From the NCBI RefSeq assembly GCF_000281045.1, contig NW_008246074.1:133211-197210 (forward strand): DNA of 64,000 nt, given 5' to 3'. Within the stretch, counting starts at the first letter, position 1. Every line of letters begins with the position of its first letter. Shown here piece by piece: positions 1 through 12,210 of the stretch. The stretch is from Saprolegnia diclina VS20 (Eukaryota). The position numbers and the translations under genes are program-made. The notes under the pieces are model-generated. The model was not told the DNA's origin, searched no databases, and saw nothing but the letters and a program-made list of their open reading frames with translations.

Positions 1-768
1 ATCCTTGGTGATGGTCGGGTGCCACCCGTATTTGTAGGGGGACGCAAGGTGAGGAGCTTCGATGACCTATGACGCTCGAAGCAGAAGCTTGCAAGCAACT
101 AGGGGTGTACCGACGGTACCTGCTGACAGACAGGACACTACTGACTAGGAACGACAGGCGGCGTGAGGATGGGACGTGTCGCCAGCGCTGGCGCCACTTG
201 CATCCAGACCGACCTCTCGCATTCCCGCTGTGAAGTGACGCCTTGGAGCGCTGTTCCAGCGGCAAGAAAGTTCCGCGCCCGAGTCGCTCCACGAGGAGGC
301 AGCTCCCGTTCTTCCACACGACTAGAAGAGTGTGGCGCATCTGAGTGATGTTCTCGGCAGTTCATGACAACCGTACTGGTTAAACGAGGTTTAAACAGTG
401 CGTTTTAGCACCAGCTTCCTTTGGTGGCGCGCATTTCAAGCGGTCGCAAAGTCCACAAGAATGTATCGACACATGCTACGTACCGGTACGCTGCACGTAC
501 AAGCGATCCGTCGGGTTTGTTGTAAAACGTCGTCGTTGTCGCCATCTGCGCGGCGGATCGTGGTCTAAAACGCGTTTAAACAAACACCTGGTGGTTTTAC
601 TTGCCGGCCGCGACAGCTCAAAAGAAAATTCTATGGGCCAAACGCGCACCCAATCCCGCACGCGGCCCTTTTTGGGTGCGGAAAAGGGCGGAAGAGGTGC
701 GCTTTTCTGCTCCCGAGCTTTCGGGGCCGCCTCTCAGCCAGTCGAAGATTTCCGAAACAGCAACAAGC

Positions 769-3700
769 ATGGAGACCCCGAGCGCAGCCGCGCCCGCGCC
801 GGCGCAGCCCGAGGGCGAGAAGCTGAGTAAGAAGGCGCAGAAGAAGGCCGAGAAGGGCAAGCTCAAGCCGGCCAAGGAAAAGGACCCGAACCGCTGGGCG
901 CCCAAGAAGGAGAAGGAGGTCAAGCCCGTGAAGGAGGTCGCGCCGGAGCAGGAGTTTGTCAACCTCACGCCGGTCGGCGAGAAGAAGGACATGACGACCG
1001 AGATGGCGACGGGCTACCAGCCGGTGGCCGTCGAAGCGGCGTGGCAGGCGTGGTGGGAGAAGGAAGGTTACTTCCGCTGCGACGACGCCAAGATCAAGAA
1101 CGCGCCCAAGGACAAGCGCTTCGTCATGGTCATTCCGCCGCCCAACGTCACGGGTTCGCTGCATTTGGGCCATGCGCTCACGGTCGCCGTCCAAGATACG
1201 CTTACGCGCTGGCACCGCATGTTGGGCCACGCGACGCTCTGGGTGCCCGGTACCGATCACGCCGGTATTGCCACGCAGGTACCTTCCCTCGTCCTCGTAT
1301 CGCTCCTCTCACCCAATCCCTTTATCTAGTCTGTCGTCGAGAAGCGCCTCATGAAGGACGAGGGCAAGTCGCGCCACGACCTTGGTCGCGACGCGTTCTT
1401 GGACCGCGTGTGGGAATGGAAGAACGAGTACGAGACGCGGATCCACCACCAGTTCCGCAAGGTCGGCTGCTCGGTCGACTGGGAGCGCGCGTACTTCTCG
1501 ATGGACGACCGCTGCACGCGTGCGACCATGTCGGCGTTCAACAAGCTCTTTGACGAAGGCCTCATCTACCGCGCGACGCGCATGATCAACTGGAGCTGCA
1601 AGCTCAAGACGGCGATCTCGGATATTGAAGTCGACTACCTCGACCTCGAAGGCCGCACCAAGCTCGCCGTGCCGGGGCACAACCCGGACCGCAAGTACGA
1701 GTTTGGCGTCATCACGTCGTTTGCGTACCCGGTCGAGAACTCGACCGAGCAGCTCATCGTGGCCACCACGCGTCTCGAGACGATGCTCGGCGACTCGGCC
1801 GTCGCCATCCACCCGGAAGACCCGCGCTACAAGCACCTCCACGGCAAGTTTGTCGTTCATCCGTTCAACAACCGTCGCATCCCGATCATTTGCGACGCCG
1901 AGCTCGTCGACATGAGCTTCGGGACGGGCGCGGTCAAGATCACGCCGGCGCACGACCCGAACGACTACGAGTGCGGGAAGCGCCACAACCTCGAGTTTAT
2001 CACGGTCATTGACGACGATGGCAAGATCAACCCGAACGGCGGGTCGCTCTTTGAGGGCATGATGCGCTACGACGCGCGAGTGGCGATGGAGAAGGCGCTG
2101 GCGGAGAAGGGCCTCTTCCACGGCAAGGCCGACAACAAGATGCGTCTCGGTATCTGCTCGCGCTCGGGCGACATTGTCGAGCCGCTTGTCAAGCCGCAGT
2201 GGTTTGTCAACTGCCAGCAGATGGCCGACGACGCGATGGCCGCCGTGCGCAACAAGGAGCTCACGATTCTGCCGGAGCACCATGAAAAGACGTGGTTTCG
2301 CTGGCTCGAAAACATCCGCGACTGGTGCATCTCGCGCCAGCTCTGGTGGGGCCACCGCATCCCCGCCTACTTTGCGACCATCAAGAACGAGCCGTATGTC
2401 GACCCCAACTCGGAGGCCAACGTCCACCGCTGGGTTGCTGGCACGTCGGAGGCCGATGCGCGCGCCAAGGCGGCTGCTAAGCTCCAGGTGCCCGAGGCGC
2501 AGATTGAGCTCAAGCAGGACGACGACGTGCTTGACACGTGGGTCTCGGCCGGTCTCTTTCCATTTGCGGTGTTTGGGTGGCCGGACAACAAGGAGGAGAT
2601 GGCCGACTACTACCCGACCGACCTCCTCGAGACGGGCTACGACATCCTCTTCTTCTGGGTCGTGCGCATGGTCTTTATGGGCCAGAAGCTCACGGGCAAG
2701 CTGCCCTTCCACACGGTGTACCTGCACTCGATCGTCCGCGACAAGTATGGCCGCAAGATGTCCAAGTCGCTTGGCAACGTGGTCGACCCGCTCGAGGTCA
2801 TTGCCGGCTGCACGCTTGAGACGCTCCTCGAAAAGCTCGAGAGCGGCAACCTCCCGCCCAAGGAAATCGAGAAGGCCAAGAAGGGCCAGATGGCCGACTT
2901 TCCCCAGGGTATTCCCGAGTGCGGTGCCGATGCGCTTCGCTTTGGCCTCCTTGCGTACCAGCAGCAGGTCGGTGACATCAACTTGGACATCCAGCGCCTC
3001 GTGGGCTACCGCAACTTCTGCAACAAGCTCTGGAACGCGACCCGGTTTGCGATGACCAACCTCGAGGGCGGCGCAAGCTTCCACGACGGCCTCGCGGCGA
3101 CTGTTCTCTCGAACAAGTCGGTCGCGCCCCGCGACCGCTTCATTCTGAGCCGCCTCCACGCGACGATTGCGGCGGCCAACACGGCGCTGCAGACCTATGC
3201 GTTTGGCGACGTCACGACGGCTCTCTACAACTTTTGGCTCTATGACGTCTGCGACGTGTACCTTGAGCTCATCAAGCCCGTCATTGCCGGTACGGACGCG
3301 GACGCCAAGAAGACGGCGCAGGAAACGTTGTTCCTCTGCTTGGAAATGGGCCTCCGCCTCCTCCACCCGATCATGCCGTTCGTGACCGAAGAGCTCTGGC
3401 AGCGTCTCCCGGGCAAGCGCGCGACGTCGAGTATCGTCGTGGCGGCGTACCCGGAAGCGACCGGCGCGATTGCGACCTGGGCCAACCCGGCCGCCGAAGC
3501 CAACATGGAGCTCATCAAGGACATTATCCATGCGGGTCGGTCGCTGCGTGCCGAGTACGGCCTCGCGAACGCGGCGCGTCCGCTCTGCTACCTCAAGTGC
3601 GCGGACGCGTCGCTCAAGGCGATCGTTGAGACGCAGGTCGACGACTTTGGCACGTTGGCCAAGGTCGGGTCGACCACGTGCTTGCTCGACACGGCGCCGC

Positions 3701-3996
3701 CGTCGGGCTGCGCGATGCACGTGCTCAGCGACAAGCTGCAGCTGCACGTGTCGCTCACGGGCCTCGTCGACTTTGCCAACGAGATTTCCAAGCTCGAGAA
3801 GAAGCTCGAGAAGATGCTGCCGTCGCTGACTGCGCTCGAGAAGAAGCGCGCGCGCGACGACTACCTCGCGAAGGTCCCGGCCAACGTCCGTGACGCGGAC
3901 GCGACCAAGTGGGACGCGCTGCAGAAGGAAAAGGTCGCAATCGAAGGCGCGATGGCCATGTTTGCCAAGTGCCAGCTCGATGAGACCAAGGCCTAA
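769..3996 (+). CDS. VARS: Valyl-tRNA synthetase (class I, eukaryotic cytosolic type), 2 exons; intron 1279-1329
   Basis: [13 protein letters not shown] (HIGH-type), [15 protein letters not shown] joined across a 51-nt GT..AG intron, [24 protein letters not shown]-terminal coiled coil and Lys-rich N-terminal extension. Confidence 0.97.
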
Positions 3997-4657
3997 GCTT
4001 GAATCCATTCCTATTCCATTTTGAAAGCTGTGTATACGCTCCGAGTTTACGGTACAGAAGCAACGCGTACGCTGCATGGCAACTCGGTGGCAGCCAAATG
4101 GCCTCATGAGCTTGGCACGTTGTCGACTTCTTTCGTCCAGTGGGGTTGCCACGGCGTGGCAAATGGGGTTTATACTAGATATACTAGATGTGTATCCTTG
4201 CTAATTCATACCTACTCGCTAACCTCGAATGATACACCTTCTCCTCGAGGATAATGACAAACCCGGTTCTGCGCTCTGGCACGACATCGGAACTCGATGA
4301 AGGCTGCTGCCGGCAACAAGCGGCCATCACAGTTGACAAACCGAGCTTATTTCTAGATGATGAGCCCAGCTTAGTTCTTATTGCACACAAGCCATGGCGT
4401 CGCGACGGTCGAGGGCCTGTGATGCTGGCGTCATTTCCGTGCTCCTGGCGGTGGCGCCGAGTGGCCAAGATCCGCAGCATATCTTGGTAACTGGCGCCTG
4501 ACACGGGTCGTTTCGCGTTGCAGATAGAGCGGATACCACGGTATCTTCTTGGTGTTTGTATGGTCCGACATTGCACTTGGGCCGGATAAAAATATTACGC
4601 GTTCCTTTGGATATCTTCAGAGGAGTTTTGGATCCGCACAGCGCGCTACCGGGCAGC

Positions 4658-5458
4658 ATGGACGCAGCAGCAGCGAGCAGCAGTACGCCGATGCCATCGA
4701 CGACGCATGTGATGGACGTGGCCAAGAAGCTGCCAAGCGCGAGCAAGAAGCACTCGGGCATGAACGGCGGGCGCTGGACCGACGAGGAGCACGAGAGCTT
4801 CCTCCTCGGGCTCAACCTCTACGGCCGCGAGTGGAAGCGAGTTGCGTCCAAGATCAAGACGCGCACGTCGGCGCAGATTCGAAGCCATGCGCAAAAGTAC
4901 TTTGCGAAATTGGCCAAGGACGCCGAGATGCAACTCTCGGGCGAAAAGGTCGAGAACCCGGTCAACATGTCGGACGAAGACGACGCGAGCACTGCGCCGA
5001 GCGAGGCCGGTACGTCATTCGCTCAAAGCGTGCTAGCGCCTCATGATTCGCGACTAGAGACTGACATGGGCGACCACAGCCCGCCACGAAAGGCGCGGTC
5101 CGACTCGACCGACGCCATCATTCCGTCCCAAGAAGAGCTCCTCTCGACCGTCGTGTCGCCTGTGCTACGCGAACGCGTCTCGACGCTCGTCGACGCCGAA
5201 GTCTGCGCGCTCCAAGTGCTCTCGTGGTACGCAGCGTCGGCGACGACCACCAACAACACCAACTGTCCACCGACCAAGCGGCTGTGTATCGAAGAAAAAA
5301 AGCACTTGACGCTCCATATCAAGAAGACGGGCGCGACGCTCATCCCGCTCGTCCCGCGAGCGCCGCTCGTCGTGCTCTCGTCGAGTACGACGACCCCCCG
5401 CGTCCATGCGGATACCCTCACGCACTTTTCTGCCATTAGTCTCTCCAAGTCCGTATGA
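4658..5458 (+). CDS. Single-repeat MYB-related transcription factor (SHAQKYF class)
   Basis: GRWTDEEHESFLLGLNLYGREWKRVASKIKTRTSAQIRSHAQKYF; probable in-frame 48-nt intron 5010-5057. The 3' end is uncertain. Confidence 0.9.
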   Translation: MDAAAASSSTPMPSTTHVMDVAKKLPSASKKHSGMNGGRWTDEEHESFLLGLNLYGREWKRVASKIKTRTSAQIRSHAQKYFAKLAKDAEMQLSGEKVENPVNMSDEDDASTAPSEAGTSFAQSVLAPHDSRLETDMGDHSPPRKARSDSTDAIIPSQEELLSTVVSPVLRERVSTLVDAEVCALQVLSWYAASATTTNNTNCPPTKRLCIEEKKHLTLHIKKTGATLIPLVPRAPLVVLSSSTTTPRVHADTLTHFSAISLSKSV

Positions 5459-5789
5459 TTTAAGCAGCTTATTTGTACCTATCTTGGTATCTTGTGGATC
5501 GCGAAATCCAATCGCGGCATCTGATTGGCTGGCAATAGCCAATCGATGGCGCGCGTTGAAAACGTCGAGCGGCGAGTGGACCAAATTACAAGCCATTCGC
5601 GGCGTCAAGATCCGGGCTGATTCGGCACATGCCGATTTGAATTGCAGCCAAGTGAACAAGGCAAGGTGCAGTACATGGACTACGAGTCGTACCGAGGATC
5701 GCCATTGCGGTACCTCCAAGGAACACACGAGTCGACAATCCACAGACTTGTATGTACATGTATGTGGTCGTCTTTGCAGCGTCGGAACA

Positions 5790-6952
5790 CTATTTGTTTT
5801 TCGGGTGGGCCAAAAAATCCTCGAGGAGCTTGCGCGCCGCGGACCGCGGGCTGATAAAGCCGTGCGCGAGGTCGGGCGCGAGCGTCGCTGCCTCGTGCTT
5901 GACATACGCATTCTTCTTGGCCATCGCCATCAGTTCTTGGTGCAGCTGGTTCCACATCCACTTGGAGGACTGGCGCGCGCGCTTGGCCTCGATCTTGTGG
6001 ACGGCGTTCATTGTCTTGCGAAACTCGGTGAGGACGTCCCAGACGCCGTCGATGCCGTCGCCTTCGCGTGCCGAACACATCTTGACCGTCGGCTTCCACT
6101 CGGGCTCCTTGCGCCGCGCGAGCTGCAGCGCGTGCATGTAGTCGACTGCCGTGTGCTTGGCCGGCCTACGAGACACATCGCTTCCTATTAAGGAGAAGAA
6201 GAGTAGACGGTGTAGTACGTCTTGAGCTCGCCGTCGGCCTTGTTGACAACGACTACGTCTGCGATCTCCATGATGCCTTTCTTGCTGCCTTGGAGCTCGT
6301 CGCCGCCGGCCGGTGGCACGAGAAGCATAACCATATCGACGGTATCGTCAATGATGATCTCGCTTTGGCCCAAGCCGACGCTCTCGACCAAGACAATGTC
6401 GTAGCCGCACGCTTCGCAGAGCAATACGATCTCTATCGGTTGCAGTAAGACGATGCCATCGAAGCGAGGGCCGATACCGTTCGTGTGCTGGGCAACGCCG
6501 CCAAGCGTCCCGCGGGTCGGCGACGGGCGGACAAAGGCGTCCGGGCTGTTGGAGAGATGCGTCATGCGCGTCTTGTCGCCGAGGATCGAGCCACCGGTCA
6601 CCGACGACGACGGGTCGATCGCGAGGACTGCGACTTTATGGCCCTTCTTCGTCAAAGACAAGCCGAGCGTCTCGATAAAGGTCGACTTGCCCGCGCCCGG
6701 TGGGCCTGCAATGCCAATGCGGAACGACGCCGCGTGACCATGAGGCGTGCCACTCGTCGTCGTGCTGGCGGCGAGGGCCTTGCGCTGCTCAAGCACATGG
6801 TCAAGGAGCAGCTCGGCTTGGAAGCGGTCGCGGGGCAGCGTCGACTCGACGAGCGTGATCGAGCGCGCGAGGGACGTCCGCGCGACGGCGCTCGACGCGC
6901 CATGGAAGAGGCCGTCGATGAGGCGCTTTGTCGCCGGTAGCAAGGCTGTCAT
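5790..6952 (-). CDS. MMAA: MMAA/MeaB/ArgK-family GTPase (methylmalonyl-CoA mutase chaperone), about 3 exons
   Basis: LARSITLVES, IGIAGPPGAGKSTF P-loop, AIDPSS..GGSILGDKTRM, VESVGLGQSE, PPAGGDELQGSKKGIME, VVNKADG; the last exon ends at 5790. The true start could be further upstream. Confidence 0.92.
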
Positions 6953-7265
6953 CTCGTCTGTGGCTCAAAAATCCCGTCGTCTTTGATCTTCAACATTCAT
7001 TTTGAGAGGTTTGCATACCGGCTTGTATTCGCAAGGTGGCATCGCGCGACTAGATTCGGCATGGTACGTGTCCGATGGCCAGCGCACGTGCGTCTGCACG
7101 TGCGGGGAACACAGCGCATGGAGTGTACCGGCATCACCCGCACGAGCACGTGGGGCACGTGCGCGTGGTCCCACATCACCCTATTTCGCGCCCAACACCA
7201 TTTACACTATTTCTACTAAATGTGGCACATGCCATGCATATCCTCATCACCACGGAGCCACACCC

Positions 7266-8571
7266 ATGGCCACGACGTAAGAACGCGTCGAGGGGGCGTC
7301 GCCGGATCACGCGCGCGTAGGCTCCAGAAGGCGTTCTTGGCTGGCATCTACGCGCTCTTTCCGGGCTTCGTATGCCTCCTTGCGTTCATTGCATCGCGGC
7401 TGCCGCCCTTTGGCGCGCTGCTCGTCTTCGCGGTACCGATGGCGTCGCCGCCTCTCGCCGCTCATGGCTCGTAGCTTTTTGTCCACGCCAATCTAGTTGA
7501 CCGCGCCGCGTACAACGGCAGAGGCCGCGTCGTGCGCTTCTTGCGCACCACTTGGTAGTGTCCGCGTGCCGTGCCATGACCTCATCGTCTCGCACCGTAG
7601 GCTCTGGGACTACGCGGTACGTCGATGCCGGCAACGCCGACGATCAAGAGGTCACGTGCGTCGTAGCGCCTCTACTTTCCGCACACGCTGCACCAAGACG
7701 ACGAGTTGGATGCGACCAAGAACTACTTTTTCATCGCGCATCCGCACGGTGAGGATGCTATCCTGCAATGGACGCTCATGCAATACCTTAGGCATCATTG
7801 GCATAAGCATCTGGATGGCCTTTGTACACGCCTCTGGCAGGGCAATCTGTCTTACGTACAGGGGTGTAGGGCGGCGACTCGATTCACTTTTCGCGTAAGA
7901 ACAAAGATTTGGACATTGCGCTCGCGACGGTCGGGTTGAACTTTCGTGTCCCGCTCTGGAAAGATTTGCTGCTCGCCCTGGGCTTTGTCGGTGCGTTCTC
8001 GTGCGGCCACGTGGGATGAGTGTACTGATACATTGATAGATGCGAGCTACAAGTCGCTTTCGAACGTGCTTGGCTGCGGCCGGTCGGCCTGCCTCGTGGT
8101 CGGCGGTGCCCAAGAGGCGCTCGAGTCGCACCCTGGCACCAACCGGCTCGTCCTCAACCGCCGCAAAGGCTTTGTCAAACTAGCGCTGCAGCACGGCGTG
8201 CCCCTCGTGCCTGTCTATACGTTTGGCGAGACGGACCTCTTCACGCAGGTAGCTCCGACAAAGCCAGAGATGCTCAGATGGGGTAGGTGGCCAACCCGGT
8301 GGGGTCAGTGCTCCGGACCGTCCAAGAGAAGCTTCTCAAGACCTTTACGTTTTCGATGCCGTGCGTCACGAGCGGCCCGCTGCCGATGAGCACGCCGCTG
8401 TATACTGTCGTCGGGTCGCCGGTCGAGGTGCCCAAGCGGGCGGCACCGACGCAGACCGAGATCGATCTCTACCACGCCAAGTACGTTGACGCGGTCAAGG
8501 CGCTCTTCAACGAGCACCAACATTCATTTTACAAGGGCAAAGCTGGCGCCGACCTCGAGATTGTGCTTTGA
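7266..8571 (+). CDS. DGAT2: DGAT2/MOGAT-family acyltransferase, multi-exon
   Basis: YFFIAHPHG, VVGGAQEAL, RRKGFVKLALQHGVPLVPVYTFGETD, VVGSP..P and YHAKYVDAVKALF motifs across short GT..AG introns; hydrophobic N-terminal segment. Confidence 0.88.
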
Positions 8572-8948
8572 GTCGACAGCGAGGACGACGACTTAGTAGA
8601 CGAACTCTAATGGAAACAGAGCTCTGCACTTTCCTTCCGGAACCACGAGGGGCTCCATAAAGCCCGTCGGAAGCGACGTCTAGTTGTCGGACAGACTGAA
8701 GCAGAGAGTCTCTACCTCGACCTACCAGCTGGTAATCCAATGTTCGACTAAAAGAGGGCGACAAGACCTATCCCTTCTTGACAGTTTTGATAGTGCGTAC
8801 CTGGTTTAGTTGACGTAGTTATTCGAAAATGAGATTATGTGATGTACTACTACTAGTCTAGTGGTGCAGGAAAAGGCTCATTAGCCATCACCACGCGAAC
8901 CGATGTATCCCCCCACCTTTTATTGCATACTAGTAATTGCTTACGCGC

Positions 8949-8995
8949 TCGACAAAAAGTCGACAAAAGTCGACAAAAAAGTCGACAAAAGTCGA
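8949..8995. repeat. Short tandem repeat of GTCGAC + A4-6, about 4.5 copies
   Basis: tcgacaaaaagtcgacaaaagtcgacaaaaaagtcgacaaaagtcga read directly from the sequence. Confidence 0.85.
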
Positions 8996-10303
8996 TGAGC
9001 CCTGTATCGAAGCGTTCCCCGTTCGCATCGACTGCTGCATGCTTGGGCTCCCTAGCGAAGACAGATCGAGTTGGCAGTCAACCTAACCAAACGAGTGAAC
9101 AAAAGCCAACGAGACTGTGCAACGAACGCATGCTTGAACTCGCTGCCACAGCTGCACGGCAAGACGCTGGTCGAAGGACAACGAGACCATCGATAGTACG
9201 ACACGGAAGGCGGCAAGCGCACCACTTTGGTGCACCAATGCTGACATTTCGGGGCCATGACCGTGCCGACGGGTAAATTTACGGTCTGTGGTTACCAATA
9301 TTTCCAAGTATCTCTCCGCTCGTAAATATTCCTCTGGCCTTGCCAACGACAACAAATTTGTCTGCAAAGATAATCTACGAAAACGGGACGTGCGGAAAGG
9401 TTACAGTGCAGCGTTCCACCCTTGCACGTGCTCGCTCGCTGCAACTTCAACACGAAACGCGACTTCGACGCTTTGCAACGAGTAGCCCATATATTTATGC
9501 CAGCACAGCTTACACTAAGCTTAACACCCAAGCAGCGTCGTCCTTCTGGGTTGCAATCAAGCACAACCTTATTAATCCAAGAAAGATCTCTGCCAAGACG
9601 ACGGGATACTCTGAATTTGCATTTGCGGTTGTAATGGTAGCGTGGCATATGGGATATGGGTGCGCTTTTCCATTTTCGATTTCGGTGCTTCTTTCCGTCC
9701 TCTCTATCACAACTGTTCTTCTTCCTCGCCATCAAAACGCTCGGCATGGTTCCTTTGCCGTGGACGTGTATGACTATTCGACGCCTAGGACGTGCACTCG
9801 ATCAAGCCGCCTCCCGACAACAGGCACGAGCCTTCGCACGACGTTGAGTGAGGTAGAGAAAAGCATGCGGCGTCGTGGCACCAGGTGCGCTTTTCTCGCG
9901 ATTTCAGGGCGGGTTTCGTCCATTTGGTGCGCTTTCTGTGACAGGCGTACGCATGTGCGCTGAAAATTTAGCGCCATTTAAGGGGCGTGCGATTAGCGTC
10001 CCGTGTTCGTGGAGCGTGGAAGCGTCGCCTGCTTAATTCGCGTCCATTCCACCGCGCGCTCATTTTGGGCAAGCCGGTCGGTGCGTGATTCTAGCCAGCT
10101 GCGAAGCGTGTCGTAATGAATTTAATCACAACCATTACACTTGGTGTTTGTATGAAATGGTATAAAATGCGATCCGGCCAGTTGTCGGCCGCGCCACCTG
10201 CTGCGCAAGCAGCCGACTGTCTTGCGGTTTGTATGCGCGCCGGTCCGGCTCGCGCTCGCTGCATCATTCGGAAACTTACCCAAGAGCAGGCAAGACGACG
10301 ACC

Positions 10304-11524
10304 ATGAAGTCGGTGACGATGCTCCTCGCCCTCGCCCTCGCCCTCGCCACGACGACTGCAACCCAAGTGAGCGTCTGCCGCGACGCCACGTATGACATTG
10401 CCGGCGCGATCTGCGCGGGTGCCGGCGTGGCGCCGGCTGGCATTGCGTGCCCGTTGAAGGGCACGGTGGCCAAGCAGGACTGCCACCCGTACTTGCCCTC
10501 GTTCGATGCGACGACGCAGACGTGTATTGCCAAGGAAGACGCTAAGTGCGTCCAGCTCGCAAACGCGGCCTGGGGCTGCGCGTTCCCGTCCGTGCCCTGT
10601 GGCACTTCAACGCCGCAGTGCGACACGATCTCGGTGCCGACGACGTGCGCGTCGTGGGACTACAGCGAGGCCGACACGCCGAGCGAAATCAACTTTGACA
10701 TCTCGGGGGCGCCGGCCGCGTGGTTTGTCGCGACGGGGGCGCTGCCCGATTACCAGGTGGGCTGCCTCGACGGCTCGCCCGTGCAGCCATTGAACCCGCC
10801 GACACCGAAGCCGTCGGTGCCGACGCCAGCCCCGTCGGTCCCTACACCGGCACCCTCTGTGCCCACGCCGGCGCCGTCGGTGCCAACGCCTGCGCCCACG
10901 ACGCCTGCACCCACGCCCGCGCCGACAACGCCTGCACCCACACCGGCGCCCACGACGCCTGCTCCGACGCCTGCGCCCACGACGCCGGCCCCTACGACGT
11001 CGACACCTGCGCCGACCACCTCGACGCCAGCGCCTACCACCTCGACCCCTGCGCCGACTCCTGCTTCCTCGACGCCGACGCCCGCACCCACGACGCCTGC
11101 GCCTACGCCCGCGACGAGCACACCGATGCCGACCCCTAAGTCGAGTACGCCGTGCCCAGGAACGACGTCTCCGGCCCCGACGACCGAAACTCCTTGCCCA
11201 ACGTCGATGACGCCCAAGCCCGAAACGACTGGCCCTGTCCCCACTTCAAGCACGCCTTGCCCGACCACCGTGACGCCTGTCCCGACACCTGTCTCGAGCA
11301 CGCCCTACCCGACCAACGTGACGCCAGTCCCGGCACCTGCTTCGAGCACTCCTAGCCCGACGCCTGCTGGTAGCACCCCGTGCCCGAACACGACTAATGT
11401 GACGCCGAACACGACTACTGTGACGCCGAACACGACCATTGTGACGCCGAACGCGACTACTGTGACGCCGAACACGACCATTGTGACGCCGGCGCCAACG
11501 TCGTCTGCCTATCGCCGCATGTAG
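10304..11524 (+). CDS. Secreted Cys-rich protein with a Pro/Thr-rich mucin-like tail
   Basis: Signal-peptide-like MKSVTMLLALALALATTTA; Cys-rich domain beginning VSVCRDATY; PTPAPSV, PTPAPTTPA and VTPNTT repeats; intronless; Inr-like CATCATTCGGAAACTT about 40 nt upstream. Confidence 0.85.
   Translation: MKSVTMLLALALALATTTATQVSVCRDATYDIAGAICAGAGVAPAGIACPLKGTVAKQDCHPYLPSFDATTQTCIAKEDAKCVQLANAAWGCAFPSVPCGTSTPQCDTISVPTTCASWDYSEADTPSEINFDISGAPAAWFVATGALPDYQVGCLDGSPVQPLNPPTPKPSVPTPAPSVPTPAPSVPTPAPSVPTPAPTTPAPTPAPTTPAPTPAPTTPAPTPAPTTPAPTTSTPAPTTSTPAPTTSTPAPTPASSTPTPAPTTPAPTPATSTPMPTPKSSTPCPGTTSPAPTTETPCPTSMTPKPETTGPVPTSSTPCPTTVTPVPTPVSSTPYPTNVTPVPAPASSTPSPTPAGSTPCPNTTNVTPNTTTVTPNTTIVTPNATTVTPNTTIVTPAPTSSAYRRM
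10797..11500 (+). repeat. Coding tandem repeats (21-nt and 27-nt units) in the mucin-like tail
   Basis: PTPAPSV-like x4, PTPAPTTPA-like units, and gtgacgccgaacacgac.. units (VTPNTT/NAT) near the 3' end. Confidence 0.85.
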
Positions 11525-11730
11525 AATGCCGGCTTTTCTCGCTTTGAGTCTACCTAATATATTTTGCATGCATCTACACACGTGCCCACCTCGTCTGTAT
11601 AGCGCATGGTCGATCGTACGATGCAAGATCGATGCCACTGGTGACGGCACAAAGCAAACGCTGGGCTATGCACGGGCGACAGTACCCAGTCTCATATGCA
11701 AGATCTTATTGTCACGACACCAACACAGAA

Positions 11731-12180
11731 CTACTTGGTGAGCGCAGCCAAGACGGCGCCGACATCGCCGTGGGCGTTCATGACCACGGAGCGGCCGTCC
11801 TTGGTGATGACGTCGCCGGCCGCGTTCAAGAAGACGAGCGTCGGGATGCCACGGACGTCAAATGACTTGGCGAGCACGTCCTTCTGCGCGCGGTTCGCAT
11901 ACGGGAGCGCGAGGAAGGGCATGTCGCCGTAGTACTCGTTGAAGCCGCCTTCGTCGCGGTCGGACGAGACAAAGATGAGCTCGAATTCCTTGTGGTCGTC
12001 GGCGAGGATCTCGGCGTAGGTTTCCGAGAGGACGGGCGTGAAGCCGCGGCAGGGCGGGCACCAGTGGGCCGAGAAGTAGATGCCCACGATCGTCTTGCCG
12101 GCAAAGGCCTCGGCCGTCGGCTTGAGCCCGGCCTTGGTCTGGACTTCGGCGCCGAAGAGAGTTTCGAACGGCGAGCTCAT
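11731..12180 (-). CDS. Nucleoredoxin/tryparedoxin-like single-domain thioredoxin
   Basis: IYFSAHWCPPCRGFTP active site, FELIFVSSDRD, V.GIPTLV; intronless, 149 aa. Confidence 0.93.
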   Translation of the reverse strand: MSSPFETLFGAEVQTKAGLKPTAEAFAGKTIVGIYFSAHWCPPCRGFTPVLSETYAEILADDHKEFELIFVSSDRDEGGFNEYYGDMPFLALPYANRAQKDVLAKSFDVRGIPTLVFLNAAGDVITKDGRSVVMNAHGDVGAVLAALTK

Positions 12181-12195
12181 GCTGGGCTTGGACGC

Positions 12196-12210
12196 AAAAT
12201 TGGAAAATGC
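12196..12210 (-). promoter_or_regulatory. Oomycete Inr/FPR-like core promoter of the nucleoredoxin gene
   Basis: Minus strand GCATTTTCCAATTTT about 15-30 nt upstream of the ATG, resembling GCTCATTYYNCAWTTT. Confidence 0.6.

Noticed and set aside
1..600. Short ORFs and an imperfect hairpin (~372-400) upstream of ValRS
   Set aside because: No recognisable product or RNA-family signature.
1309..4152. 947-aa ORF antisense to valyl-tRNA synthetase
   Set aside because: It mirrors the ValRS codons; high GC3 removes antisense stops; no recognisable motifs.
10750..11301. Gly/Val/Ala-rich elastin- or silk-like minus-strand ORF (a similar plus-strand ORF lies at 46025-46897)
   Set aside because: Antisense shadows of Pro/Thr-rich coding repeats.
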